DNA of 64,000 bases from contig CAWETV010000001.1 of assembly GCA_963812095.1 (NCBI GenBank), positions 354,690 to 418,689 of the forward strand, read 5' to 3'. This document shows, piece after piece, positions 47,567-57,148 of this stretch. The DNA is from an uncultured Acidobacteriota bacterium. Its GTDB lineage: Bacteria > Acidobacteriota > Terriglobia > Terriglobales > Acidobacteriaceae. Position numbers and translations under genes: made by a program. Position 1 is the stretch's first letter, and every line of letters starts with the position of its first letter. The notes below the pieces were generated by a model, which saw only the letters and a program-made list of their open reading frames with translations, ran no database searches and was not told the DNA's origin.

Positions 47567-48822
47567 GGATAGATCCCGCGAATCTGCACGGCTTCGGCTA
47601 CGCGGCCGATGCCGACCATGTTGGCGGCGATGCGCATGGGCACCTTGCGCTCCTCGTGCATCTTCACGACGTCGCGGAAGCTGGTCTTCATGACCCGCTC
47701 CAGCCGGTTGTAGATGTCCTGCGCCTCCCAGAAGAGGTGCGACTCATCCTGCACCCATTCGAAGTAAGAGACGGTGACGCCGCCCGCATTGCAGAGAATG
47801 TCGGGGATGATGAAAACTCCTTTGCTCTGGAGGAGGCGATCGGCCGCCGGATTCAGCGGGCCGTTGGCGGCCTCGGCGACGATGCGCGCGCGCACGCCGC
47901 CGGCGTTCCGTTCGTCGATGGCGTTTTCAAGAGCCGCCGGGACGAGGATGTCGCAATTCATGGTGAGCAGCTCGGCGTGCGAGATCTCCTCGCTCTCAGG
48001 GAATGCGCGCACGTGGCCGGTGAGCGCCTTCATGCGGATCAGCTCGGGAATATTGAGGCCGTTGCGGTTCAGGATGGCGGTGGCCGAGTCGCAGACGGCG
48101 ATGACTTTGGCGCCCGCGTCGTGAAGCATCTGCGCCGTCACTGAGCCGGCATTGCCGAATCCCTGCACGGCCACGGTGGCGCCCTTGAGCGGCGTCTTCA
48201 GGTGCTCGCAGGCGCATTCGATGGTGTAAAAAACCCCGCGCCCGGTGGCCTCATTGCGTCCCAGTGACCCGCCCAGGCTGATGGGCTTGCCGGTGACCAC
48301 GCCGGGAATTGCATAGCCCTTGGTCATCGAGTAGGTGTCCATGATCCAGGCCATGGTCTGCGAGTTTGTGTAGACGTCGGGCGCGGGAATGTCCTGCTCG
48401 GGGCCGATGAGGGGAAGGATGGCGCTGGTGAAACGCCGCGTCATCCGCTCGAGCTCGACTCTCGACATGCTCTTGGGGTCGCATGTGATGCCGCCCTTGG
48501 CGCCGCCGAAGGGGATGTTCACGACTGCGCACTTCCAGGTCATCCAGGTGGCCAGGGCTTTGACCTCATCGAGCGTCACCTGGGGGTGGTAGCGGATGCC
48601 GCCCTTGGCCGGCCCGCGCACCGAGCTGTGCTGCACGCGATACCCCTCGAAGCGGTGGATATGCCCGGTTTCCATCCGCACCGGGACAGAGACCGTAAGC
48701 ATGCGCTCGGGATACTTGATCATCTCTCGAATGTCAGGATCCAACTCCAGCGCATTGGCCGCGGTATCGAAGTTCTCCATGGCCACGTCGTAAGCATTGC
48801 CAGTACTCTTTGTCTCAAGCAT
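47563..48822 (-). CDS. gdhA: Glutamate dehydrogenase (Glu/Leu/Phe/Val dehydrogenase family)
   Basis: ..RFEGYRVQHSSVRGPAKGGIRYHP.VTLDEVKALATWMTWKCAVVNIPFGGAKGGI.CDP....VAVQGFGNAGS. ATG 48822 is preceded by GAAGGAGA. Confidence 0.95.
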   Translation of the reverse strand: MLETKSTGNAYDVAMENFDTAANALELDPDIREMIKYPERMLTVSVPVRMETGHIHRFEGYRVQHSSVRGPAKGGIRYHPQVTLDEVKALATWMTWKCAVVNIPFGGAKGGITCDPKSMSRVELERMTRRFTSAILPLIGPEQDIPAPDVYTNSQTMAWIMDTYSMTKGYAIPGVVTGKPISLGGSLGRNEATGRGVFYTIECACEHLKTPLKGATVAVQGFGNAGSVTAQMLHDAGAKVIAVCDSATAILNRNGLNIPELIRMKALTGHVRAFPESEEISHAELLTMNCDILVPAALENAIDERNAGGVRARIVAEAANGPLNPAADRLLQSKGVFIIPDILCNAGGVTVSYFEWVQDESHLFWEAQDIYNRLERVMKTSFRDVVKMHEERKVPMRIAANMVGIGRVAEAVQIRGIYP

Positions 48823-48991
48823 TCGTTTTCTCCTTCTTGCCTGAGGAAAGGGCCGCTGCCTGCGCCCCACCCTGGCGGCAAAAAGTCGCCGCGCGGCGAC
48901 ACGCCGCGAGGATGGGGCGCCCCGAGAATCGGGCGCAATTCGCCTCCTCAGGCAAAACTTGCTTCAGCGGATTCCGTCGCCCCTACGGGGC

Positions 48992-50011
48992 TTACGCAAT
49001 CTCCTGTGTTGTTCCCAGGACTTCGTCCTGGGCTAACTTCCTGGCTCCCTCCGGGAGCCGCTCTGCCCTTCTCCGCCCATCTCCGTACACCGGCAAAAGC
49101 CATTTGCGATATGCCGCCATGCGCCCGCGCGTAGCGTCGACGTAAATCTGCCTCAGCCGGCGGGTGAGGGCGCCGATCTGGCCGTCGCGGACGGGCCGGT
49201 GATCGACGCGCACAACCGGCGCGACGCCGACCGCGGTGCCGGTAAGAAACAGCTCGTCGGCAACGTAAAGTTCGCTGCGGCCGATGGGCCGCTCCACAAG
49301 CGGCAGCCCCAGCTCGCGTGAAGCCAGCTCCATCACGCAGTCGCGCGTGATGCCTTCGAGCACGTTCTCATTGAGGGGCGGCGTGACCAGCCTGCCCTTG
49401 CGCACCATGAAAACGTTGCACGTGGAGCCTTCGGCCACGGTGCCGTTTTCGTTCAGCATGATGGCCTCGTCGAAGCCGCTGCGCCTGGCGTCATCGCTGG
49501 CCAGCGCGCTGTTCACGTAAGAGCCGCAGATTTTGCCCCGAGGCGGAATGGCATTGTCTTGAATGCGCCGCCAGTTGCTCACGCCAGCGTGCAGGCCGTT
49601 CTCAGAGTGGATGTACTCGCCGAAGGGCAGGGCCACAATGGCCCAGGAGTTGCGCTCATCGGGGCTGACGCCGATGCGCTCGGCGCTTTTGAAGGCGATG
49701 GGCCGCACGTAGAGATCGGTGCGGAAGCCGTTGCGCCGCATCAGATCCAGAGTGATTTCGCAAAGCTCTTCGGCCGAGTGCGGAAGCTCAATGTGCAGGA
49801 TGCCGCAGTTTTGCCGCCAGCGCTCGTAATGTTCCAACGGGCGCAGAACGTACAGCTCCTGCGCGGCCTCGTCCCAGTTGGCGCGGATCCCCTCAAAGAC
49901 ACCTGTCCCGTAATGCAGAGCGTGGGTAAGGATTCCGATGCGCGCTTCGTGGAGTGGTATGTACTCGCCGTTCAAGTTGACGGTCAGATTCGGATCGACA
50001 TCCGTCTTCAT
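48992..50011 (-). CDS. ilvE: Branched-chain amino acid aminotransferase
   Basis: ..LHYGTGVFEGIRA.......RL..S.......PFG.Y.......N.A.P...K..G.Y.NS.LA...A...G.DEAI.LN..G.V.EG...N.F.V..G...TPP....LEGITR. ATG 50011 is preceded by GGGGAGG. The last ~25 codons run through REP-like hairpins (49014-49059). Confidence 0.9.
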   Translation of the reverse strand: MKTDVDPNLTVNLNGEYIPLHEARIGILTHALHYGTGVFEGIRANWDEAAQELYVLRPLEHYERWRQNCGILHIELPHSAEELCEITLDLMRRNGFRTDLYVRPIAFKSAERIGVSPDERNSWAIVALPFGEYIHSENGLHAGVSNWRRIQDNAIPPRGKICGSYVNSALASDDARRSGFDEAIMLNENGTVAEGSTCNVFMVRKGRLVTPPLNENVLEGITRDCVMELASRELGLPLVERPIGRSELYVADELFLTGTAVGVAPVVRVDHRPVRDGQIGALTRRLRQIYVDATRGRMAAYRKWLLPVYGDGRRRAERLPEGARKLAQDEVLGTTQEIA

Positions 50012-50012
50012 C

Positions 50013-51470
50013 TCACACCTCCCCTTGCGACCTCCTGAAGAGCTCGCGCCCGCGCGCGATGGCGCGCTCGTCCAGCTCAACAAATTTGGGATTGCGCACC
50101 AGCCGCCGCAGCGCGGCGCCGATGCTGACCTCGGCGGGCCCGCCTGAGATCTCCAGCAGCGCTCCCATCATGATCATGTTGCCAACACGCGGGTCGCCCA
50201 GCTCATTGGCCGCGATCTCAGTGAACGGCGCGGCAACCACGCGCACATCCGGGCGGATGCAATCGGCCGGAAACTCCGCGCCGTTGTAGATGACCCATCC
50301 TCCCGAGCGCACGGCCTTGTCGAATTTGCGCAGCGAGGGCTCGTTCATGGCCACCAGCACATTCGGCGAGCTGACCAGCGGGGAGTCGATCGGCTTACGC
50401 GAAAGCCGCACATGACAGTTAGATGTGCCGGAGCGCATCTCCGGCCCATACGAGGGTAGCCATGAAACCTCCAGGCCGGCATCGAGGCCGGCTTCGGCCA
50501 GAACCTCGCCCAGCAACAGCACGCCCTGGCCGCCAAAACCGGCGATGCGCACCTGCAGATCTACTTTCTTCTCCGCGCCGGGGTTGCCTTCGGGCAGATC
50601 CTCATCGGCCACGCCCAGCAAGCCGGGAATTCGATCCAGCGCGGGCCGGGCTGCAGGCGCGGGAGCAGGCCGCCCCTCTTTGGTGCGGTCGCACAGAACG
50701 CCCAGCGGGAAGGTTTTTTCCATCTCCTCGCGCACCCAGCGCTGCGCATCGACGGCGGATTTCTTCCAGATCGTCGGGCACGGGGAAAGCACCTCGATCA
50801 GCGAGAATCCCAGCCCTTTCACCTGGTTCTCGACGGCGCGGCGGATCGCTCTTCCGGCCTGCACCACCTGCCGGTTGTCGCCCAGCCCCACGCGCTCGAT
50901 ATAAACCGGTCCTTCAAGAGTTGCCAGCAACTCACTGACGTGCAAGGGATAACCGTCGCGGGCCGCGTTGCGCCCCTCGGGCATGGTCGTGGTCTTCTGG
51001 CCCACCAGTGTGGTGGGCGCGGCCTGGCCGCCGGTCATGCTGTAGACGGCGTTATTGATGAAAATCGCGGTATAGTGCTCACCCCGGTTGGCCGCGTGCA
51101 GAATCTCAGACGACCCGATCGCCGACAGGTCTCCGTCGCCCTGGTAGCTGATCACGACGCTCTCCGGAAGACTGCGCTTCATGGCCGTGGCCACCGCCGG
51201 GGCGCGCCCGTGCGCAGCCGACACGTTTCCCACGTCGAAGTAGTTATAAGTGAAAACGCCGCAGCCTACAGGGCCCACCAGGATGGTGCGGTCCTGTATG
51301 CCCAGCGCGTCGATGGCGCTGGCCAGCATCTTGTGCACCGTGCCGTGGCCGCAGCCGGGACAAAAGTGCGTCGCGTGCTTCAGGTCGTCCTTGCGTTCGT
51401 AGGTGTCGTAAAAAGACCTGGCCTTGCTGAAAGCGATCTCGTATCCGGGGATTTGCTGCTGGTTAGACAT
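50013..51470 (-). CDS. 2-oxoacid:ferredoxin oxidoreductase, fused beta (TPP-binding) and gamma subunits
   Basis: Beta part: FCPGCGHG......GDGD.SAIG..E..HAANRG......NN.VY.MTGGQ. Gamma part: [19 protein letters not shown]...[24 protein letters not shown]...I.SP. Confidence 0.9.
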   Translation of the reverse strand: MSNQQQIPGYEIAFSKARSFYDTYERKDDLKHATHFCPGCGHGTVHKMLASAIDALGIQDRTILVGPVGCGVFTYNYFDVGNVSAAHGRAPAVATAMKRSLPESVVISYQGDGDLSAIGSSEILHAANRGEHYTAIFINNAVYSMTGGQAAPTTLVGQKTTTMPEGRNAARDGYPLHVSELLATLEGPVYIERVGLGDNRQVVQAGRAIRRAVENQVKGLGFSLIEVLSPCPTIWKKSAVDAQRWVREEMEKTFPLGVLCDRTKEGRPAPAPAARPALDRIPGLLGVADEDLPEGNPGAEKKVDLQVRIAGFGGQGVLLLGEVLAEAGLDAGLEVSWLPSYGPEMRSGTSNCHVRLSRKPIDSPLVSSPNVLVAMNEPSLRKFDKAVRSGGWVIYNGAEFPADCIRPDVRVVAAPFTEIAANELGDPRVGNMIMMGALLEISGGPAEVSIGAALRRLVRNPKFVELDERAIARGRELFRRSQGEV

Positions 51471-52557
51471 GGGCCACCTGCTCCTCGTCTCTCGCTGACG
51501 CCGTCAAAATCCTCTTCGCATGTTCGCGAACGCAGGCGACCACTTCCTCGTGCGAGGGCACATTGCCGCCCAAGCGGTTCAAAAACTCCACCGGGCGGGA
51601 GCCGTTGAGCGCCAGCCGCACGTCCTCGATCATCTGTCCGTTACTCAGTTCCACCGCCAGGAACATCCGTGCCTTCTCCGCCAATTCGCGGAAGTGTTCT
51701 GCCGGGAAGGGAGAAAGCGTAATCGGCCGCAGCAGCCCCACGGCCATGCCTTCGGCGCGCAGCTCGGCCGTGACAGCCTTCAGAATGCGTCCAACAATCC
51801 CATAGCCCACCAGCACGATCTCCGCATCTTCGGTGTGGAATCGCTCGGCGCGCGCCTCGCGCCGCGCCGCCTCCTCAAACTTGGCCTCCATCTTGCGGAT
51901 GTGGCTCTCCAGCTCGTCGAAGTCCAGATGCAGCGAGGTGATCAGGTTATTCCGGGTCTCGGCCGTGCCGGTCACCGCCCAGCCGGGCGCAGGGACTTCG
52001 ATGGCCGTCTGCGAAAAGGCCACCGGCTCCATCATCTGGCCCACAAACCCGTCGGCCAGCACAATCACCGGCGTGCGGTAGCGATCGGCCAGGTCAAAAG
52101 CCAGAGATGTCAGGTCGGCCATCTCCTGCACCGAACTGGGAGCCAGCACGATGGTTCTGTAGCTGCCATGCCCGCCCCCTTTCACCACCTGGTGATAGTC
52201 GCTCTGGTCGGCTCCGATGTTGCCCAGCCCCGGCCCTCCCCGCATAATGTCGGCGATGACGCAGGGCAGCTCGGCTCCCGCCATGTAGCTGATCCCCTCC
52301 TGCATCAGGCTGATGCCAGGGCCACTGGAGGCCGACATGCATCGCACCCCGGCCGACGCCGCGCCATAGAGCATGTTGATGGCCGCCACTTCGCTCTCGG
52401 CCTGCACGAACACGCCCCCGCTTTTCGGGATGTATTCGGCCGCCGCCTCGGCGATCTCGCTGGCCGGGGTGATGGGGTAACCATAAAAGGCCCTGCACCC
52501 GGCCAGAATGGCGCTCTTGACGATGGCTTCGTTGCCCTTCATCAGCTGCTTGCGCAT
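51463..52557 (-). CDS. 2-oxoacid:ferredoxin oxidoreductase alpha subunit
   Basis: [36 protein letters not shown]........[37 protein letters not shown] chose ATG 52557. The upstream ORF extension overlaps the delta gene and a REP hairpin. Confidence 0.9.
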   Translation of the reverse strand: MRKQLMKGNEAIVKSAILAGCRAFYGYPITPASEIAEAAAEYIPKSGGVFVQAESEVAAINMLYGAASAGVRCMSASSGPGISLMQEGISYMAGAELPCVIADIMRGGPGLGNIGADQSDYHQVVKGGGHGSYRTIVLAPSSVQEMADLTSLAFDLADRYRTPVIVLADGFVGQMMEPVAFSQTAIEVPAPGWAVTGTAETRNNLITSLHLDFDELESHIRKMEAKFEEAARREARAERFHTEDAEIVLVGYGIVGRILKAVTAELRAEGMAVGLLRPITLSPFPAEHFRELAEKARMFLAVELSNGQMIEDVRLALNGSRPVEFLNRLGGNVPSHEEVVACVREHAKRILTASARDEEQVAHV

Positions 52558-52898
52558 TCCGCCGCTCCCTTCGTGCCCGCTTTCGTGGCTGCCCCAGCTT
52601 TCGTGGTTGCCCCAGGTGCCTCGCTTTTGGGCACCTGGGAGACCCCGTCGCCCGCGCCATCTTCCTGCCGCAGAGCACGATACACGGTGATCGCCCCCGG
52701 CTCGGGGCAAACCAGAAAACAGATTCCGCAGCCCGTGCATCCCGACCCGGCATAGAACGCCGTCCGGTAACCGTAATGGTTCAGCCGCTCGTTCATGCCG
52801 ATCACTTTGGGCGGACAGGCTTCAATACACAGCCCGCAACCCTTGCATTCATCCTGGTCAATCCTGAGGATGCCCCGATCCTGCTTTTCGGCCGCCAT
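52542..52898 (-). CDS. 2-oxoacid:ferredoxin oxidoreductase delta subunit (2x[4Fe-4S] ferredoxin) with a repeat-derived C-terminal tail
   Basis: [12 protein letters not shown] and [12 protein letters not shown] motifs. The tail ..[28 protein letters not shown] is encoded by a REP-like hairpin (52610-52640) plus an 18-nt tandem duplication (52579-52614). Confidence 0.8.
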   Translation of the reverse strand: MAAEKQDRGILRIDQDECKGCGLCIEACPPKVIGMNERLNHYGYRTAFYAGSGCTGCGICFLVCPEPGAITVYRALRQEDGAGDGVSQVPKSEAPGATTKAGAATKAGTKGAAECASS

Positions 52899-53433
52899 CT
52901 CTACACACCTCTGCTCTGTCGCGCGGCCCCAGCTGCAGCCGCTGCGCCCCTTGATTCTATTGATCTTTGGAATCTTCCCGGAAGGCCCGGAAAGGCCGAT
53001 CGATTCACTTCCAATTGTCCGATTGCGTATTCTTCCGCCCTCAAGAGCAGAAACCGGCCCGTAGCTTGGCCCCGCATTTTCGGAATTACTGTAGACCGAA
53101 ACTTCAGAGCTAAGTGGCTTTTTCATCAAGAAAAAGCCACCCTTCACGGCTCTCAAAATGGCGATATAAATTCCGAAAATGCCGTATCTCCCGCAAATCG
53201 CGCCTCCCGGTACCTGCATCATGCACTCCTCAAGCCCGGGATATTCTGCGCCCTGACCATGGGCCCCGCCGTGATGAGTATCACTTTGATCGTAGCTGAT
53301 TCAGCAGGAACTTCCCACCCCGCGCGGCTTGCCGGCTGCGCGAGATTGAGCGCGGACCCGCGCGACTGGGAAGTCCGCGTTACTGCCGGCTGGGAAGCCG
53401 GCGCTACATAGGCAGGACCACCGGCGCTCCGGC

Positions 53434-53943
53434 TCACGGAAGTGGGATGGCCGGAGTGCTCGCCGGCGTCTGCTCCGCCGGAACCGGACTGACCATTCCT
53501 TCTTTCACGTTGCGAGCCAGCTTCTCAATTCGAGCCAGAGTGCGAAGCTGGTCGGCGGTCAACGTGGTGCTCCTGGAAGCACTCACTTCCGCATTCAGTT
53601 CGGTGGCCAGCCGCAACAGTTCTTCCGTATTCGCCACCACCTGGCTGTATCGCTGCTTGCGCAGCTCGCGAATCTGTTTTTCTCTTATTTCGCGGCGCAT
53701 CGGGTCTACCGATGGAGAGCGGCCCATGCTGTCCTGAGCGTCAATGGATCCACTCTCCGCGCTCTGTCCACTCAAAAACCGGGAGCCGATCGAGGTATGC
53801 TTCGAGGTCTGCGCGCTGCCGGGCAGCGCAAAAAGGACGGAAGCCAGCAGGAGAGAGCAGACGATCACGCCGATCCCGTCTCGCACTGGGGACGGCGGCT
53901 TCAATCCGGCTATCAGACCCGCTACTCCGCCTCTCTTTCGCAT
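53434..53943 (-). CDS. Secreted hypothetical protein (paralog A)
   Basis: MRKRGGVAGLIAG...LLLASVLFALPGSAQ is signal-like. The C-terminal helix NTEELLRLATELNAEVSASRSTTLTADQLRTLARIEKLARNVKEG resembles that of the neighbouring ORF. Confidence 0.6.
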   Translation of the reverse strand: MRKRGGVAGLIAGLKPPSPVRDGIGVIVCSLLLASVLFALPGSAQTSKHTSIGSRFLSGQSAESGSIDAQDSMGRSPSVDPMRREIREKQIRELRKQRYSQVVANTEELLRLATELNAEVSASRSTTLTADQLRTLARIEKLARNVKEGMVSPVPAEQTPASTPAIPLP

Positions 53944-53950
53944 CCTGGCC

Positions 53951-54388
53951 TCAGTTCCTCTTTGTGTCCCGGACCTTGCGCGCCAGTTGCTCGATCTCGC
54001 CGGCCTTGCGCACCACACCCACCGAGAGCTCGTCTTTCGTCGTCTTATCGACCTCCGCCTTCAGGTCGGTGGCCAGCTTCAGCAGGCTGGCACATTCGTC
54101 GGCCACCTGGTTGCCGCCGTTTTCGCCCGTCCCCGCCGCGCTCGCTCCAACATTCGGAGTGGCTTCGTCAGTCGATTTAGGCGTGACCTTGCTGCCCGCC
54201 TCCGGTTGCGCCGCCTGGGCAGGCAGTGGCTCCGGGGCCGAGTCCGCCTCAGGCGAACTCTTCGCCGGTTGCGCTTGAGCAGGAGCCTGCGCTGCGTGCG
54301 CTCCGAAGCCTGAAAGGCCGATACCGGCCATCAGCAGCAGGGCGAGCGCCGCCACAGAAACCAGAAGCTGGCGAATCCGCTTGCGCAT
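53951..54388 (-). CDS. Secreted hypothetical protein (paralog B)
   Basis: MRKRIRQLLVSVAALALLLMAGIG is signal-like. C-terminus: ECASLLKLATDLKAEVDKTTKDELSVGVVRKAGEIEQLARKVRD. The track start 54433 lies inside a REP-like hairpin, so I prefer ATG 54388. Confidence 0.6.
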   Translation of the reverse strand: MRKRIRQLLVSVAALALLLMAGIGLSGFGAHAAQAPAQAQPAKSSPEADSAPEPLPAQAAQPEAGSKVTPKSTDEATPNVGASAAGTGENGGNQVADECASLLKLATDLKAEVDKTTKDELSVGVVRKAGEIEQLARKVRDTKRN

Positions 54389-54479
54389 CAATAAAACCGC
54401 CGATTGAGATTCCATTTTCACTCGGTGCCCCACCCTCGCTGCGGCTGGGGTGGGGAGTCACTGACCACTAATCATTGAT

Positions 54480-54521
54480 CACTATTCCCTATTCCCTATT
54501 CCCTATTCCCTGATCCCTGCC
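54480..54521. repeat. Tandem heptamer array (CCCTATT)x~6 in a divergent promoter region
   Basis: cactatt ccctatt ccctatt ccctatt ccctgat ccctgcc. It is preceded by the hairpin GGTGCCCCACCC..GGGGTGGGG (54429-54457). Confidence 0.85.
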
Positions 54522-54556
54522 TGCTGACCAGTCTAGTCTAGAATTGGGAACCAGGC

Positions 54557-55567
54557 ATGATTCTTCATCTCATCGCCGCTCGCAGCGGCTTGTTTGCAGA
54601 AGGCCGTTTTCTCGGCAAGGTCCTCGACGAGTGGGGCGCCGATGCGCAGGAGTTCGTCCGCCTTCGCCTGCCGCACCTCGTGGTTGTGGCTCTGATCGCT
54701 TTTCTTCTTGCCAGGTTGCTCCGCGTCATTACCCGCCACATGGTGAGCGCCGCCGAGAAGCACGCCGTCGGCGCCGGCCGCGCGGCTCAAGTGAAAACGA
54801 TCGCCGGAGTCATCCGCGCCACCGGCCTGGCCGTCATCGGCGTCATCGCCGGGCTGCAGTTTCTCGATGCCCTCGGATTCAACCTCGGCCCCCTGCTGGC
54901 CTCGGCCGGAATTGCCGGCGTCGCCATTGGCCTGGCGGCGCAGAACATCGTCCGCGACATGCTCAACGGCATTCTCATTCTCATCGAAGGCCAGTTCAGC
55001 GTGGGCGACACGGTGCGCCTGGCCGGCGTCGCAGGCGTCGTCGAAGAGATGACCCTGCGCCGCACCGCCGTTCGCGACGCCGACGGCACGCTCTACGTCA
55101 TTCCCAACTCGCAGATCACCACCGTAGCCAACCTGAGCGCCGGCTACTCGGTCTCCAGCGTGAACATCAGCGCGGATTTCTCGGCCGACCCCGATCGGAC
55201 GACGCAACTGCTCCGCGAGATCGCCATGGAGGTGCGCACGAGCGACGCCTTCCGCGACATCTTCGTCGAGGACCCGAAGGTCCTGGGCATGGATGCGATC
55301 AAGGGCTCGCAACTGGTCTTCCCGGTGATCTTCAAGACGCAAGCCAACCAGCAGTACGGCCCTGTGCGCGAGTTCCAGCGGCGGGTGCGGCTGGCCTTCG
55401 AGCAGAACGGCATTTTGCCCGGCGACCCCGGCCGCATTTTCAACGCCTTTGGCGAGAAACCGGGCGATGGAGTTCCGGCCCGGAATCCATCTCACGAGGA
55501 ACCTGCCGCCGCGCACGATCCGACCGCTGTCAAGCCGCACGAGGGGAATCCGTTCAGCGGGGAGTAG
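54557..55567 (+). CDS. Mechanosensitive ion channel (MscS family)
   Basis: ..LGPLLASAGIAGVAIGLAAQNIVRDMLNGILILIEGQFSVGDTVRLAGV.GVVEEMTLRRT.VRD.DGTLYVIPNS.I. Confidence 0.9.
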   Translation: MILHLIAARSGLFAEGRFLGKVLDEWGADAQEFVRLRLPHLVVVALIAFLLARLLRVITRHMVSAAEKHAVGAGRAAQVKTIAGVIRATGLAVIGVIAGLQFLDALGFNLGPLLASAGIAGVAIGLAAQNIVRDMLNGILILIEGQFSVGDTVRLAGVAGVVEEMTLRRTAVRDADGTLYVIPNSQITTVANLSAGYSVSSVNISADFSADPDRTTQLLREIAMEVRTSDAFRDIFVEDPKVLGMDAIKGSQLVFPVIFKTQANQQYGPVREFQRRVRLAFEQNGILPGDPGRIFNAFGEKPGDGVPARNPSHEEPAAAHDPTAVKPHEGNPFSGE

Positions 55568-55601
55568 GGGCGGCGCATCGGTTGACCCCACGCAGAAATT
55601 C

Positions 55602-56285
55602 CTAAGGCATGCGATTGAGCTGTGCAGCGAGCTTTTTCATGGCTGCATTTTCGCGGGTAACTTCGCCAGTCTCTCGACTGTGCAAAGCGATCTCTGCGGC
55701 GATTGAGCGACCGAGAATTCGCTGGTCAATATTGCCAAACGACCCAGGCACGAGGCTTCCGAACCAACCGACCCAGGCCGGGGTGTGGGCGTTGCCGGCA
55801 ATGATGCCGGGGCGAAAGATGGCGAGGCGGGTAAAACCGACCTTGCGCACGGTGTCTTCCTTCATGCCCATGATTCGCGCATAGCGAATCCGGCTGCGAG
55901 TTGAGCTGCCAGCCGCAGAAAGCAGGCAAAACTGGGCGATTCCGGCCTCATGGCAGCCACGCGCAAAGGCACCGACGACGCCGAGCTCAAGCTGTTTCAA
56001 TTCTTCTTCGCTCCAGCGCATCGATCCGGACCCAACACCCACACAGCTCACGGCGCTGGCGGGACCTTGGCTTATAACTTCGCGGGCAAGGGCGGCAGTG
56101 CGCTCGGCAAAGTCAGCAGCGCCGGTATCAAGAACGACGTTGCGCACCCGCGATCGCGGCGCAATGGGCTTTCTGGTGACCATCACCACTTCCCGGCATT
56201 CGGAAGTTGCCAGCAGTTCTGCGACGGCTGCACCGCCGACTTGTCCGGTACCGCCAAGGATCATTACGGCGAAATTCTGCTCCAC
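55602..56285 (-). CDS. NAD(P)-binding Rossmann-fold oxidoreductase (atypical SDR/HTATIP2-like)
   Basis: AVMILGGTGQVGGAAVAELL...VVMVTRKP is the N-terminal GxxGxxG. GTG start at 56285; an alternative ATG lies at 56264. Confidence 0.7.
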   Translation of the reverse strand: MEQNFAVMILGGTGQVGGAAVAELLATSECREVVMVTRKPIAPRSRVRNVVLDTGAADFAERTAALAREVISQGPASAVSCVGVGSGSMRWSEEELKQLELGVVGAFARGCHEAGIAQFCLLSAAGSSTRSRIRYARIMGMKEDTVRKVGFTRLAIFRPGIIAGNAHTPAWVGWFGSLVPGSFGNIDQRILGRSIAAEIALHSRETGEVTRENAAMKKLAAQLNRMP

Positions 56286-56439
56286 AAGTAGGACCTCCGC
56301 TTAGGTAAGGATGCGACATCCGGCCCCGATCCCACCACGTTATGGATCGGTGGTATCATGATTTCGCACTTTTCCCCGGTTGAACCCGTGCACCTGAGAT
56401 ACAACCGACCACCCCACAATTCAAAATGAATCGAGGAGA

Positions 56440-56880
56440 ATGATGTCAAAATTCAAAGTCCTTGCATTCCTGGCCGTCACCATCGGCTTGTTATGCTGTG
56501 CGCATCGAGCGCCGGCCCAGGTCTCCATCAACATTGGAGTAGCGCCTGTGTGCCCCTACGGGTACTTCGACTATCCCCCGTATAACTGCGCACCCTATGG
56601 CTACTACGGACCCGATTGGTTTGTTGGCGGCGTGTTTATTGGAGCCGGCCGCTGGTTCCACGGCCCCGCCCACTTCAACGGCCATGTCGATAACCGCTAT
56701 GACCCTCGTCATGGTTACAGAGGACCGGTGCCTGCGCGCGGAGCTGAGCAGTTCAACCACTTCCATGGCAACGAGGCGAGGGATGGGAAGGGCCACGTGG
56801 TCAAAGGCGATCATGATGCCGGCAATGAACACGCTCTGCCCGGATATCGTGCCGGCGGCCATGGCGAAGAGCACCGCTAG
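56440..56880 (+). CDS. Small secreted Gly/Tyr/His-rich hypothetical protein
   Basis: AGGAG lies upstream. Signal peptide MMSKFKVLAFLAVTIGLLCCAHRAPAQ. The mature part is rich in Y/G/P/H (PYGYFDYPPYNCAPYGYYGPDWF). Confidence 0.6.
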   Translation: MMSKFKVLAFLAVTIGLLCCAHRAPAQVSINIGVAPVCPYGYFDYPPYNCAPYGYYGPDWFVGGVFIGAGRWFHGPAHFNGHVDNRYDPRHGYRGPVPARGAEQFNHFHGNEARDGKGHVVKGDHDAGNEHALPGYRAGGHGEEHR

Positions 56881-56960
56881 AGCGATTCTGAAATTGCGTG
56901 AGGCCGGCGTTCGAAATCCGGCCCTTCAACCAGGTCTATTGCAACTTGATTTTGTACCAA

Positions 56961-57003
56961 TGCGGGTGCCCCAGGTCCCGCTTTTGGGACCTGGGAAAGC
57001 ACG
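56961..57003 (+). repeat. REP-like hairpin element (GGGTGCCCCA-box family)
   Basis: GCGGGTGCCCCAGGTCCCGCTTTTGGGACCTGGGAAAGCACG, with stem CCCAGGTCCC/GGGACCTGGG. Confidence 0.8.
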
Positions 57004-57043
57004 ATTTTTAACTTCCTATTGTCAGAAGCCTGGGCCTATACCT

Positions 57044-57148
57044 TCAACTCGCCTTCCCCAGCGCCTCCTTGAGCGCCTCGGCGCTGGTGGCTGGCGGCAG
57101 GCAGGTGCGCCCGAGGCAGACGAGTGCCCAGGCCTCGGCCTTGGCAAT
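57044..57148 (-). pseudogene. Relic duplicate of the yyaL-like gene 3' end, in frame directly after the ATPase stop
   Basis: It translates [34 protein letters not shown]. The real C-terminus at 58369-58470 reads ..[33 protein letters not shown]. The nucleotide match is about 95 bp with roughly 10-15% mismatch. Confidence 0.75.
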
